A program made the translations under genes and the position numbers. Of a DNA stretch of 64,000 nt, positions 9,908 to 20,047 are shown piece after piece (position 1 is the stretch's first letter; each line of letters opens with the position of its first letter). The notes beneath the pieces are model-generated. The model worked only from the letters and a program-made list of their open reading frames with translations. It was not told where the DNA came from and did not search any database. The stretch is from assembly GCF_058153355.1 (NCBI RefSeq), contig NZ_CM177019.1; one strand, written 5' to 3'.

Positions 9908-12208
9908 TTAAACCTTTTCGATCTGGACGAGATTGCTGTGCGACGGGTTTCCCTTTGCCAGCGGTGAAGGGCGGTGAGAGGTCAGAATATTGATACTGCC
10001 GCCGTGATCGACCCGGTCACCAAACATATCCGCTTTAAGCCACGCACCTTGCCCGATGGCGGTTACGCCAGGCAGAATACGCGGAGTCACTTTTGCGGCA
10101 ATCAGCATTTCTCCATTATTGTTAAATACCCGCACTGTATCGCCATGACGGATACCGCGTGCCTGAGCATCAATGGGGTTGATCCACACCTCTTGTGGGC
10201 AGGCCTGCTGTAACACATCAATATTGCCGTAGCTGGAGTGGGTACGCGCTTTGTAGTGGAAGCCCGTTAACTGCAGTGGATAGGTTTTCCGCAGGGGATC
10301 GTCCCAGCCATCAAAACCTGGGGTATACGCAGGAAGGGGATGAATTATTTCATCTTTTTTCAATTCCCAGGTATCCGCAATCGTCGCCAGTCGTTCAGAA
10401 TAAATTTCGATTTTCCCCGAAGGTGTTTTCAACGGGTTTGCCTGTGGATCTTCACGGAATGCGCGGAAAGCGACATAGTGTTCTTCCGGGCATTTTTTCT
10501 TAAAGATCCCGGTCATTTTCATCTCCTCGTAGTCCGGCATCTCAGGGTTACGTTCCTTCGTTTTCGCATGGAGATATTTGATCCATTCATGCTGGCTGCG
10601 ACCTTCAGTAAAAGTTTGATAAACGTCTGGTCCTAAGCGTTTCGCGACTTCACTCAGAATCCAGTAGATGGGTTTGCGTTCAAATTTTGCCGAGGTGGCG
10701 GGTTGGGCGAGGATCACATAGCCCATATTCCCTGCAGATTCATGAGAGATAAGGTCTTCTTGCTCTGTTGGCATCAGGTCGGGCAACAGGATATCGCAAT
10801 ACTTAGCCGAGGCCGTCATGAAGTGGTCAATGCCAACAATCATCTCGCACTTGCTGTCATCCTGAAGCACCTCATGGGTGTGATTGATGTCGCCATGTTG
10901 ATTGATCAATGTGTTACTGGCGTAGCACCATAAAAACTTGATGGGGACATCCAGTTTTTCTTTTCCACGAATACCATCACGGGTCGCGGTCATTTCCGTA
11001 CCGTGGTCGATGGCATCTGTCCATGTAAAGACGGAAATCTGCGTTTTAACAGGATTATCAAGCATCGGGAACCATTCGACCCCCAGATCCCAGCTACCTT
11101 CGCGTACACCTGAGTTGCCGCCGTTTATGCCGACGTTACCGGTGAGAACGGAAAGCATGGCAATAGCGCGGGACGTTTGCTCGCCGTTGGAGTGTCGTTG
11201 TGGCCCCCAACCCTGACAAATATAAGCAGGTTTTGCTGAACCGATCTCTCGTGCCAACTGGATAATTTTTTCTGCCGGGATGCTGGTGATTTTTGCTGCC
11301 CATTCCGGCGTTTTAGCTATGCCGTCAGGTCCTTCGCCCAGAATATAGGCTTTATAATGCGCGTTACGTGGTGCGTTGGCGGGCAGCGTTTTTTCATCGT
11401 AACCAACACAATATTTGTCGAGAAATGGCTGATCGACCATGTTTTCCGTAATCAGTACCCAGGCAATCGCACAGGCCAGTGCGCCATCGGTGCCAGGGCG
11501 AATGGGCAGCCATTCATCTTCACGCCCGGCAGCGGTATCGTTATAACGTGGATCAATGACGATCATGCGTGCGTTTGAACGTTCGCGGGCTTGCTCGACG
11601 TAGTAAGTGACACCACCGCCGCTCATCCGCGTTTCTGCCGGGTTATTTCCGAACATAACGACCAGTTTCGTATTGGCGATATCATCCGGGCTGTTGCCAT
11701 CATTGGCACCGAACATATAACTCATTGCGGCACTGATCTGTGCGGTACTGTAGCTGCCATAGCGACTGAGAAAACCACCACAAGAGTTCATCAGACGGTA
11801 CGGGACGTTTGAGTTGGTGATGTTTCCGCCATCTACGCCTGTTCCGTACAGGACATGTACAGCCTCATTGCCGTAATCTTTTAGGATCCGCCGAAGATTA
11901 TCACTGATGGTATCCAGGGCTTCGTCCCAACTTATCCGTTCAAATTTACCTTCACCGCGCTTGCCGACGCGCTTCATGGGATATTTCAGCCGATCAGGAT
12001 GATTCATCCGTCGGCGGATAGAGCGCCCGCGTAAACAGGCCCGAACCTGATGATTACCGTAAACGTCGTCACCTGTCGTATCAGACTCCACCCAGTACAC
12101 AGTGTCATCTTTCACATGCAAACGTAACAGACAGCGGCTCCCGCAGTTAACGGTGCAGGAACTCCAGACCGCTTTCTCTTCTACCGGAGCCTCTGCCGCT
12201 CGGACCAT
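9908..12208 (-). CDS. ynfF: Molybdopterin oxidoreductase catalytic subunit YnfF (DmsA paralog); main 766-codon frame, apparently lacking its Tat signal peptide because of an upstream frameshift
   Basis: 766-aa ORF highly similar to adjacent ynfE; begins MVRAAEAP immediately after where the paralog carries its RR signal. Confidence 0.85.
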   Translation of the reverse strand: MVRAAEAPVEEKAVWSSCTVNCGSRCLLRLHVKDDTVYWVESDTTGDDVYGNHQVRACLRGRSIRRRMNHPDRLKYPMKRVGKRGEGKFERISWDEALDTISDNLRRILKDYGNEAVHVLYGTGVDGGNITNSNVPYRLMNSCGGFLSRYGSYSTAQISAAMSYMFGANDGNSPDDIANTKLVVMFGNNPAETRMSGGGVTYYVEQARERSNARMIVIDPRYNDTAAGREDEWLPIRPGTDGALACAIAWVLITENMVDQPFLDKYCVGYDEKTLPANAPRNAHYKAYILGEGPDGIAKTPEWAAKITSIPAEKIIQLAREIGSAKPAYICQGWGPQRHSNGEQTSRAIAMLSVLTGNVGINGGNSGVREGSWDLGVEWFPMLDNPVKTQISVFTWTDAIDHGTEMTATRDGIRGKEKLDVPIKFLWCYASNTLINQHGDINHTHEVLQDDSKCEMIVGIDHFMTASAKYCDILLPDLMPTEQEDLISHESAGNMGYVILAQPATSAKFERKPIYWILSEVAKRLGPDVYQTFTEGRSQHEWIKYLHAKTKERNPEMPDYEEMKMTGIFKKKCPEEHYVAFRAFREDPQANPLKTPSGKIEIYSERLATIADTWELKKDEIIHPLPAYTPGFDGWDDPLRKTYPLQLTGFHYKARTHSSYGNIDVLQQACPQEVWINPIDAQARGIRHGDTVRVFNNNGEMLIAAKVTPRILPGVTAIGQGAWLKADMFGDRVDHGGSINILTSHRPSPLAKGNPSHSNLVQIEKV

Positions 12209-12333
12209 TTGGGAAAATGGCAGAGTGAAAGCACTGCTTGCCAGTCGAGACTGCCAAGTGCGGAGGTTTTCATAAGACTTCTACGGCTGATTTCAGCCTT
12301 CATGAGCGCCTCTGTGGTATGGATTTTCATCAT
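12181..12333 (-). pseudogene. ynfF: Orphaned Tat-signal-peptide fragment of ynfF in a different frame (MMKIHTTEALMKAEISRRSLMKTSALGSL...)
   Basis: Manual translation; twin-arginine motif SRRSLMK; frame departs from the main ynfF frame near nt 12250 and stops at 12181. Confidence 0.55.
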
Positions 12334-12390
12334 TACTCACTTATTGCTTTTCAAACAAAATGTCATGCCAGAATTTATGGTTGTAGTGGG

Positions 12391-14817
12391 TTATATTTTT
12401 TCGATCTCGACCAGATTAGTGTGCTGCGGGTTTCCCTTCGCCAGTGGTGAAGGGCGCAGAGTGGTTAGCGTATTCACACAGCCGCCGTGGTCGATTTTAT
12501 CGCCAGACATATTGGCCTCGTGCCAGGCTCCCTGGCCCATAGCGCTAACTCCAGGGAGAATGCGTGGTGTCACTTTGGCTGGTAGCCGAACTTCGCCACG
12601 ATGGTTAAACACCCGCACCATATCGCCGTTGGCAATCCCACGTTTCTGTGCATCTATAGGGTTGATCCACACTTCCTGACGGCAGGCTGCCTTCAGGACA
12701 TCAATGTTGCCGTAGGTCGAGTGAGTACGAGATTTGTAATGGAAACCAAACAGTTGCAGTGGGAAGATACTACGTTCAGGGGAGTCCCAGCCTTCAAAGG
12801 TTGAGGCATAAACCGGCAGTGGGCTTATCACTTCATCTTTTTCCAGTTCCCAGGTACGGGCAATTTCCGCCAGCTTGCTGGAATAAATTTCAATCTTACC
12901 GGAAGGCGTTTTAAGTGGATTTGCCTCGGGGTCGTCACGAAATGCTTTGTAGGCGACAAAATGACCATTGGGATCTTTACGCTTATAGATACCCATTTTT
13001 TTCAGTTCGTCGTAAGACGGTAACGCCGGATCTTTGGCAAGCATTTTGGCGTACAGATGTTGTAACCATTGTTCCTGAGTGCGGCCTTCAGTGAATTTTT
13101 GATAGACGTCAGGGCCAAGACGTTTCGCGACTTCACTCAGGATCCAGTAAATCGGTTTGCGTTCGAATTTTTCGCTGGTGACTGGCTGGAGGAAAATGAG
13201 ATATCCCATGTTACCGGCGTAATCGTTAGGAATAATATCTTCCTGCTCAACGGTCATCAGGTCTGGCAGCAGAATGTCGGCATATTTTGCCGATGAGGTC
13301 ATAAAGTTTTCGATGACCACAATCATTTCGCATTTCGATTCGTCCTGCAGAATTTCATGCGTTTTGTTAATGTCAGAATGCTGATTAACCAGGGTATTTC
13401 CCGCGTAGTTCCAGATGAACTTAATGGGCACATCCAGTTTATCTTTGCCGCGGACGCCGTCGCGGATTGCCGTCATTTGCGGGCCATGATCGATAGCATC
13501 TGTCCAGCTGAAGCAGGAGATTGACGTTTTGACCGGATTATCCAGCACCGGCAGGCGTTCTATGGTAATGGTATAGGTGGATTCACGCGCGCCACTATTT
13601 CCGCCGCTGATGCCGACATTGCCCGTCAGAATAGGCAACATCGCAATAGCGCGTGCGGTCAGCTCACCGTTTGCCTGGCGTTGCGGTCCCCAACCCTGGC
13701 AGATATAAGCGGGTTTTGCTGTGCCGATTTCACGCGCCAGTTTGATGATACGGTCCACCGGGATACCAGTAATTTGCGAAGCCCACTGCGGCGTTTTTGC
13801 TGTTTTATCGTCACCATCACCAAGAATATAGGCTTTATAGTGGCCATTTTTTGGTGCATCTGCGGGTAAGGTTTTTTCGTCATAACCGACGCAGTATTTA
13901 TCGAGAAAAGGTTGATCAACGAGATTTTCGTTAATCAATACCCAGGCAATGCCCGCTACCAGCGCGGCATCAGTGCCCGGGCGAATAGGAATCCATTCGT
14001 CTTCACGACCGGCAGCCGTGTCGGTATATCGCGGATCGATAACAATCATTTTTGCGTTCGATTTCTCGCGCGCTTTTTCAAGAAGATAAGTGATGCCACC
14101 ACCGCTCACGCGGGTTTCTGCCGGATTGTTACCAAACATCACGACCAGCTTGCTGTTTTCAATATCCGTGGTGCTGTTGCCATCATTACTGCCGTAGGTG
14201 TAGGGCATGGCACAGGAAATTTGCGCGGTGCTGTAGGAGCCATACTGATTGAGTGAACCGCCGTAGCAGTTCATCAGGCGTTTGACCGCCGAGGCTGATG
14301 GTGAAGAGCGGGTCATATTGCCGCCAACAATCCCCGAAGAGTACTGAATATATACAGCCTCATTGCCATATTGTTCGACGGTTTTTTTCAGGCTACCAGC
14401 GATAGTATCCAGGGCTTCATCCCAGCTAATCCGTTCGAATTTGCCTTCGCCACGTTTGCCCACGCGTTTCATTGGGTAATTCAAGCGATCGGGATGATTA
14501 ATACGTCGACGGATGGACCGACCGCGCAAACAGGCGCGTACTTGATGATTGCCATACTCGTCGTTGCCGGTGTTGTCAGTTTCCACCCAGGTGACTTCAT
14601 TATCTTTAACATGTAGACGAAGTGCACAGCGGCTACCACAGTTGACGGAACAGGCACCCCAGACCACTTTTTCGCTGGCCTGTTGTACCGCTGCCGCTGC
14701 ACTGCGCAGGGTGAACGGTAAAGAAAAACCGCCTGCAGCCAGCGCCAGAGAACCTATCGCGGTAGATTTAACGAGTGTTCTGCGGCTGATGCCCACCATT
14801 TGTTCATTTTTGGACAT
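12391..14817 (-). CDS. ynfE: Tat-exported molybdopterin oxidoreductase catalytic subunit YnfE (DmsA paralog)
   Basis: 808 aa; intact Tat signal SRRTLVKSTAIGSLALAAG; CxxCxxxC Fe-S motif. Confidence 0.9.
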   Translation of the reverse strand: MSKNEQMVGISRRTLVKSTAIGSLALAAGGFSLPFTLRSAAAAVQQASEKVVWGACSVNCGSRCALRLHVKDNEVTWVETDNTGNDEYGNHQVRACLRGRSIRRRINHPDRLNYPMKRVGKRGEGKFERISWDEALDTIAGSLKKTVEQYGNEAVYIQYSSGIVGGNMTRSSPSASAVKRLMNCYGGSLNQYGSYSTAQISCAMPYTYGSNDGNSTTDIENSKLVVMFGNNPAETRVSGGGITYLLEKAREKSNAKMIVIDPRYTDTAAGREDEWIPIRPGTDAALVAGIAWVLINENLVDQPFLDKYCVGYDEKTLPADAPKNGHYKAYILGDGDDKTAKTPQWASQITGIPVDRIIKLAREIGTAKPAYICQGWGPQRQANGELTARAIAMLPILTGNVGISGGNSGARESTYTITIERLPVLDNPVKTSISCFSWTDAIDHGPQMTAIRDGVRGKDKLDVPIKFIWNYAGNTLVNQHSDINKTHEILQDESKCEMIVVIENFMTSSAKYADILLPDLMTVEQEDIIPNDYAGNMGYLIFLQPVTSEKFERKPIYWILSEVAKRLGPDVYQKFTEGRTQEQWLQHLYAKMLAKDPALPSYDELKKMGIYKRKDPNGHFVAYKAFRDDPEANPLKTPSGKIEIYSSKLAEIARTWELEKDEVISPLPVYASTFEGWDSPERSIFPLQLFGFHYKSRTHSTYGNIDVLKAACRQEVWINPIDAQKRGIANGDMVRVFNHRGEVRLPAKVTPRILPGVSAMGQGAWHEANMSGDKIDHGGCVNTLTTLRPSPLAKGNPQHTNLVEIEKI

Positions 14818-14916
14818 AACTCACTCCCTGTTCTTTATCGTTATATAAAAGTTTATATATTGAATATTTAGCGCGCTAACAATAGAGGGAGTCTACCCAT
14901 TTTGGGTTAAGAATTA

Positions 14917-14930
14917 TTAATCCATATCAA
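14917..14930 (-). promoter_or_regulatory. Candidate FNR box (TTGAT-N4-ATTAA) upstream of ynfE
   Basis: One mismatch to TTGAT-N4-ATCAA, about 100 bp upstream of the ynfE start; the operon is anaerobically expressed. Confidence 0.3.
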
Positions 14931-15015
14931 TAGAAGGGTATGAGTAATAAGGCGGGATTATGTTGTATGTTCATATCGCCGGACCTGTTGAATCCGGCGT
15001 TTAGTCAATAATGTG

Positions 15016-15321
15016 TTACTGCGGTTCGGCAGGCGCGCCATCCTGAGTAGACTGCGCGGGGGCAGAGACGTTACCGTTGGTGGTGCGGGTGTAAAGAATT
15101 TTATGCGTATCATTGGCGCAATGCCCGACGACCTGGGAATCAGGCTGATCAACCTGGTCATTGGGTACAATACTTAACGTGAAGCTGCTTTCAGGTACGC
15201 CATTATTGATAATACGCTGTGATATATCGCTCTTTATGCGCTCACAGGAAACCGGGACGGCGAGTACCGCGGGTGAGGTGAGTGCGAGCAGAAGCGCGGC
15301 ACAGCAAGTTGAGAGTTTCAT
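15016..15321 (-). CDS. ynfD: Small secreted protein YnfD (DUF1161-like)
   Basis: Start trimmed to MKLSTCCAALLLALTSPAVLA signal peptide. Confidence 0.8.
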   Translation of the reverse strand: MKLSTCCAALLLALTSPAVLAVPVSCERIKSDISQRIINNGVPESSFTLSIVPNDQVDQPDSQVVGHCANDTHKILYTRTTNGNVSAPAQSTQDGAPAEPQ

Positions 15322-15428
15322 CATAAGCTCCTTACGCGAATATAACTTCTTTAAGCATAGCATTTAACGTGTAAAGTACTGTATTTGCTACTATGATTGA
15401 GAATCATCTCTACTGTCTGGTGACTGTT

Positions 15429-16139
15429 GTGAAATACAAATTACTGCCATGCTTACTCGCGATATTACTCACAGGATGTGACCGCACAGAGGTAACACTT
15501 TCATTTACCCCTGAGATGGCCAGTTTCTCTAATGAATTCGATTTTGATCCGCTGCGTGGTCCGGTAAAAGATTTCACTCAGACATTAATGGATGAGCAAG
15601 GTGAAGTGACGAAACGTGTTTCGGGGACTTTGTCGGAAGAAGGCTGTTTTGATTCACTCGAATTACTGGATCTGGAAAATAATACCGTGGTTGCCCTGGT
15701 ATTGGACGCCAATTATTACCGTGATGCCCAGACGCTGGAGAAAAGAGTACGTTTACAGGGAAAATGCCAGCTAGCAGAATTACCTTCTGCCGGGGTGAGT
15801 TGGGAAACCGATGATAATGGCTTCGTGATTAAAGCCAGCAGCAAACAAATGCAGATGGAATATCGCTATGATGAGCAGGGGTATCCGCTGGGTAAAACCA
15901 CGAAAAGTAACGACAAAACATTATCTGTCAGCGCCACGCCATCAACGGATCCGATCAAAAAATTAGATTACACCGCGGTTACTTTACTGAATAATCAACG
16001 GGTAGGTAATGTAAAACAGAGCTGTGAATATGACAGTCACGCCAATCCGGTGGACTGTCAGCTAATCATTGTTGATGAAGGAGTAAAACCCGCCGTCGAA
16101 CGGGTTTATACCATCAAAAATACTATCGATTATTATTAA
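15429..16139 (+). CDS. ynfC: Lipoprotein YnfC (UPF0257), GTG start
   Basis: Lipobox LLTGC after signal peptide. Confidence 0.8.
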   Translation: MKYKLLPCLLAILLTGCDRTEVTLSFTPEMASFSNEFDFDPLRGPVKDFTQTLMDEQGEVTKRVSGTLSEEGCFDSLELLDLENNTVVALVLDANYYRDAQTLEKRVRLQGKCQLAELPSAGVSWETDDNGFVIKASSKQMQMEYRYDEQGYPLGKTTKSNDKTLSVSATPSTDPIKKLDYTAVTLLNNQRVGNVKQSCEYDSHANPVDCQLIIVDEGVKPAVERVYTIKNTIDYY

Positions 16140-16141
16140 TG

Positions 16142-16702
16142 CTATTGTGCGGTCGGCTTCAGGAGAGTCTGACCCGGTGTTTTGTGCTCTGCCAGATACT
16201 GATGCTGGAATATGCACATGCGAATGGCATTCCGATATTGACCATTAATAAAGAACTCATGCATCAATTCACCTTCAACCGTAAAGCCAAGCTTGCGGTA
16301 AATGTGAATTGCTTTTTCGTTCTCTTTATCGACGATCAGATACAGCTTATAGAGATTGAGAACGGTGAAGCCATAGTCCATTGCTAATTTTGCGGCACGC
16401 GTTGCCAGACCTTTCCCCTGATACTCCGGGGAGATAATTATCTGAAATTCTGCGCGGCGATGGACATGGTTAATTTCCACCAGCTCCACCAGACCGGCTT
16501 TTTCGCCGTCACATTCCACCACAAAGCGCCGCTCGCTCTGATCGTGAATATGCTTATCATACAGATCAGAGAGTTCAACGAAGGCTTCGTAGGGTTCCTC
16601 AAACCAGTAACGCATCACACTGGCGTTATTGTCGAGTTGATGTACATAGCGTAAATCTTCACGCTCCAGCGGACGTAGCTTAACACTGTGGGCGCTTGGC
16701 AT
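16142..16702 (-). CDS. speG: Spermidine N1-acetyltransferase SpeG (GNAT)
   Basis: 186-aa ORF recognised as SpeG. Confidence 0.9.
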   Translation of the reverse strand: MPSAHSVKLRPLEREDLRYVHQLDNNASVMRYWFEEPYEAFVELSDLYDKHIHDQSERRFVVECDGEKAGLVELVEINHVHRRAEFQIIISPEYQGKGLATRAAKLAMDYGFTVLNLYKLYLIVDKENEKAIHIYRKLGFTVEGELMHEFFINGQYRNAIRMCIFQHQYLAEHKTPGQTLLKPTAQ

Positions 16703-16736
16703 AACGTGTCCTTACATTCCTTAAATCAATAACAGG

Positions 16737-17078
16737 TTAGGGGGTAATAACGCGGCCAGTTCGACGGTCCAGGCAGCGCAATGTATTTGGCTCCCAGTAG
16801 GCATTGATGTTGGCACTTTGCTCGCATTTATCGCGGTTATCAAAAGCGGCGTCGGCTTTATCCCACTCTTTTTCAGTGCGTTTATTCACTTTCTGTCGCA
16901 GATTGCGCGTGTCATTCCATTGTTCTTTTTCCATTGCTGCGTGCTGGCGGCTTTGTGCTCTGTCGCCAGACTCAATCACCAGTTTGTTAGTTTCGGCATG
17001 GGCCGTTGTGCTCAATGCCAGTGCGCAAGGCAGCAGAAAAGCGAGCAGGCCAATTCGTTTGCTGAGAGTAATTTTCAT
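16737..17078 (-). CDS. ynfB: Secreted protein YnfB (UPF0482)
   Basis: 113 aa with signal peptide. Confidence 0.85.
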   Translation of the reverse strand: MKITLSKRIGLLAFLLPCALALSTTAHAETNKLVIESGDRAQSRQHAAMEKEQWNDTRNLRQKVNKRTEKEWDKADAAFDNRDKCEQSANINAYWEPNTLRCLDRRTGRVITP

Positions 17079-17212
17079 AATTCATTCCCTGTATGAATGA
17101 TTAAAGGTGATTCTACACCATCCACTGCGAACGCAAAACGTACCAGGAGGATGTTTATATTGATGATATTATGTCGTCCTATAACTATACATGATGTCAA
17201 TAAGTGACAAAG

Positions 17213-17539
17213 ATGATTAAAACAACGTTACTATTTTTTGCTACTGCGCTGTGTGAAATTATTGGATGCTTTCTGCCCTGGTTGTGGTTAAAACGAAACG
17301 CCAGTATCTGGCTGTTGCTTCCGGCGGGGATTTCTCTGGCACTGTTTGTCTGGTTGTTAACGTTGCATCCTGCGGCGAGTGGGCGTGTTTACGCGGCTTA
17401 TGGTGGCGTTTATGTCTGCACGGCGTTGATTTGGCTGCGCGTTGTGGATGGCGTGAAGTTAAGTCTTTATGACTGGACGGGGGCGTTGATTGCGCTTTGC
17501 GGCATGTTGATCATTGTTGCGGGCTGGGGGCGCGCGTAA
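17213..17539 (+). CDS. ynfA: Small inner-membrane protein YnfA (UPF0060)
   Basis: Start trimmed to MIKTTLLFF; hydrophobic. Confidence 0.8.
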
Positions 17540-17744
17540 GGACATAAATCCATTTTATCAATAAGATACAAGGAAGTGTCAGCTGACAAAAGGTATTCTA
17601 TTTCATCTTTTGTCAACCATTCACGGCGCAAATATACACCTTTTTTTGTGATCACTCCGGCTTTTTTCGATCTTTATACTTGTATGGTAGTAGCTCAGTT
17701 GCGTAGATTTCATGCATCACGACAAGCGATGCAAGGAATCGAAC

Positions 17745-18959
17745 ATGAAGATCGTAAAGGCTGAAGTTTTTGTTACCTGTCCGGGGCGTAATTTCGTCAC
17801 ATTAAAAATCACCACTGAGGACGGTATTACGGGCCTTGGGGATGCCACCCTCAATGGACGTGAGCTTTCCGTGGCCTCTTATTTGCAGGATCACCTTTGT
17901 CCGCAGCTTATTGGTCGCGATGCACAGCGTATCGAAGATATCTGGCAGTTTTTTTATAAAGGTGCTTACTGGCGTCGCGGTCCGGTGACGATGTCGGCCA
18001 TTTCAGCGGTTGATATGGCGCTGTGGGATATTAAAGCCAAAGCTGCCAACATGCCGCTTTACCAGTTACTCGGCGGCGCGTCTCGTGAAGGGGTGATGGT
18101 TTATTGCCATACCACCGGTCACAGTATTGATGAAGCTCTGGATGATTATGCCCGTCATCAGGCGCTGGGATTCAAAGCCATCCGCGTGCAGTGCGGAATC
18201 CCTGGTATGAAAACCACCTACGGCATGTCGAAAGGCAAAGGTCTGGCTTATGAACCCGCAACCAAAGGACAGTGGCCGGAAGAGCAGCTGTGGTCGACGG
18301 AGAAATACCTCGATTTCATGCCGAAATTGTTTGACGCGGTACGTAACAAGTTTGGTTTTAATGAACATTTGCTACATGACATGCACCATCGCTTAACGCC
18401 TATTGAAGCGGCGCGCTTTGGTAAAAGCATTGAAGATTATCGCATGTTCTGGATGGAAGACCCGACGCCTGCGGAAAACCAGGAATGCTTCCGCCTGATT
18501 CGCCAACACACCGTCACGCCAATTGCAGTGGGTGAAGTCTTCAATAGCATTTGGGACTGCAAACAGCTGATTGAAGAACAACTTATCGACTATATCCGCA
18601 CCACGCTGACTCACGCGGGGGGGATTACCGGTATGCGCCGGATTGCCGATTTTGCTTCGCTGTATCAGGTACGTACTGGCTCACACGGTCCTTCCGATTT
18701 GTCGCCAGTCTGCATGGCTGCGGCGCTGCACTTTGATCTGTGGGTCCCCAATTTCGGTGTCCAGGAATACATGGGTTATTCCGAACAAATGCTTGAAGTC
18801 TTCCCGCACAACTGGACTTTCGATAACGGCTATATGCATCCGGGAGACAAACCGGGTCTTGGCATCGAATTCGATGAAAAGCTGGCGGCGAAATATCCCT
18901 ATGAACCTGCTTATCTGCCAGTCGCACGTCTGGAAGATGGCACGCTGTGGAACTGGTAA
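17745..18959 (+). CDS. rspA: Enolase-superfamily mannonate/altronate dehydratase-like starvation-sensing protein RspA
   Basis: Start trimmed to [10 protein letters not shown]. Confidence 0.9.
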   Translation: MKIVKAEVFVTCPGRNFVTLKITTEDGITGLGDATLNGRELSVASYLQDHLCPQLIGRDAQRIEDIWQFFYKGAYWRRGPVTMSAISAVDMALWDIKAKAANMPLYQLLGGASREGVMVYCHTTGHSIDEALDDYARHQALGFKAIRVQCGIPGMKTTYGMSKGKGLAYEPATKGQWPEEQLWSTEKYLDFMPKLFDAVRNKFGFNEHLLHDMHHRLTPIEAARFGKSIEDYRMFWMEDPTPAENQECFRLIRQHTVTPIAVGEVFNSIWDCKQLIEEQLIDYIRTTLTHAGGITGMRRIADFASLYQVRTGSHGPSDLSPVCMAAALHFDLWVPNFGVQEYMGYSEQMLEVFPHNWTFDNGYMHPGDKPGLGIEFDEKLAAKYPYEPAYLPVARLEDGTLWNW

Positions 18960-18970
18960 GGAGTAAGATA

Positions 18971-19990
18971 ATGAAAAGCATTTTAATTGAAAAACCGAAT
19001 CAACTGGCAATTATCGAACGCGAAATACCCACCCCGTCAGCGGGTGAAGTACGAGTAAAAGTGAAACTTGCCGGAATTTGTGGTTCAGATAGCCATATTT
19101 ATCGTGGGCATAATCCTTTTGCGAAATATCCGCGCGTCATTGGACATGAATTCTTTGGCGTCATTGATGCAGTGGGTGAAGGCGTGGAAAGCGACAGAGT
19201 CGGTGAACGCGTTGCTGTCGATCCGGTGGTCAGCTGTGGGCATTGCTATCCGTGCTCTATAGGTAAGCCGAACGTTTGTACGACACTGGCTGTATTAGGT
19301 GTGCACGCTGACGGTGGTTTCAGTGAATATGCCGTGGTGCCGGCAAAAAATGCGTGGAAAATTCCTGAAGCAGTGGCCGATCAATATGCGGTGATGATCG
19401 AACCTTTTACCATTGCGGCTAACGTTACCGGTCATGGTCAACCGACTGAAAATGATACCGTTCTGGTTTACGGTGCAGGTCCAATCGGCCTGACAATCGT
19501 TCAGGTATTAAAAGGCGTCTATAACGTTAAGAATGTGATTGTTGCCGATCGCATTGATGAACGACTGGAAAAAGCGAAAGAGAGCGGGGCAGACTGGGCG
19601 ATTAATAACAGCCAGACACCGCTTGGCGAGATTTTCGCTGAAAAAGGCATAAAGCCGACATTAATTATCGATGCGGCTTGTCATCCTTCAATCCTGAAAG
19701 AAGCCGTAACGCTGGCTTCTCCAGCGGCACGTATTGTATTGATGGGCTTCTCCAGTGAACCGTCTGAAGTGATTCAGCAAGGAATTACCGGAAAAGAACT
19801 CTCTATTTTCTCTTCACGCTTAAATGCAAATAAATTCCCGGTCGTTATCGACTGGTTAAGTAAAGGGTTAATTAAACCAGAAAAACTAATTACCCATACG
19901 TTTGATTTCCAGCATGTTGCTGATGCCATTAGTTTATTTGAACAGGATCAAAAGCATTGCTGCAAAGTCTTACTCACTTTTTCTGAATAA
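18971..19990 (+). CDS. rspB: Zinc-dependent alcohol dehydrogenase-family protein RspB
   Basis: GHEFFG and Zn-ligand Cys cluster; start trimmed to MKSILIEK. Confidence 0.9.
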   Translation: MKSILIEKPNQLAIIEREIPTPSAGEVRVKVKLAGICGSDSHIYRGHNPFAKYPRVIGHEFFGVIDAVGEGVESDRVGERVAVDPVVSCGHCYPCSIGKPNVCTTLAVLGVHADGGFSEYAVVPAKNAWKIPEAVADQYAVMIEPFTIAANVTGHGQPTENDTVLVYGAGPIGLTIVQVLKGVYNVKNVIVADRIDERLEKAKESGADWAINNSQTPLGEIFAEKGIKPTLIIDAACHPSILKEAVTLASPAARIVLMGFSSEPSEVIQQGITGKELSIFSSRLNANKFPVVIDWLSKGLIKPEKLITHTFDFQHVADAISLFEQDQKHCCKVLLTFSE

Positions 19991-20047
19991 TACCAATAAC
20001 GGCGAGTAAGTAGTACGCATCTTACCTCTTTTTTAGAGATAACCATT

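Noticed and set aside
9373-9993. 206-aa plus-strand ORF (also 9387-9797 and 9528-9884)
   Set aside because: Lies antisense to or overlapping the well-supported ynfG/ynfF coding frames (Cys-rich ferredoxin motifs are on the minus strand); a shadow ORF.
9908-14817. Extended nucleotide similarity between the ynfF and ynfE regions
   Set aside because: Ancient tandem paralogs (DmsA-like), divergent at the DNA level; not a recent duplication or mobile element.
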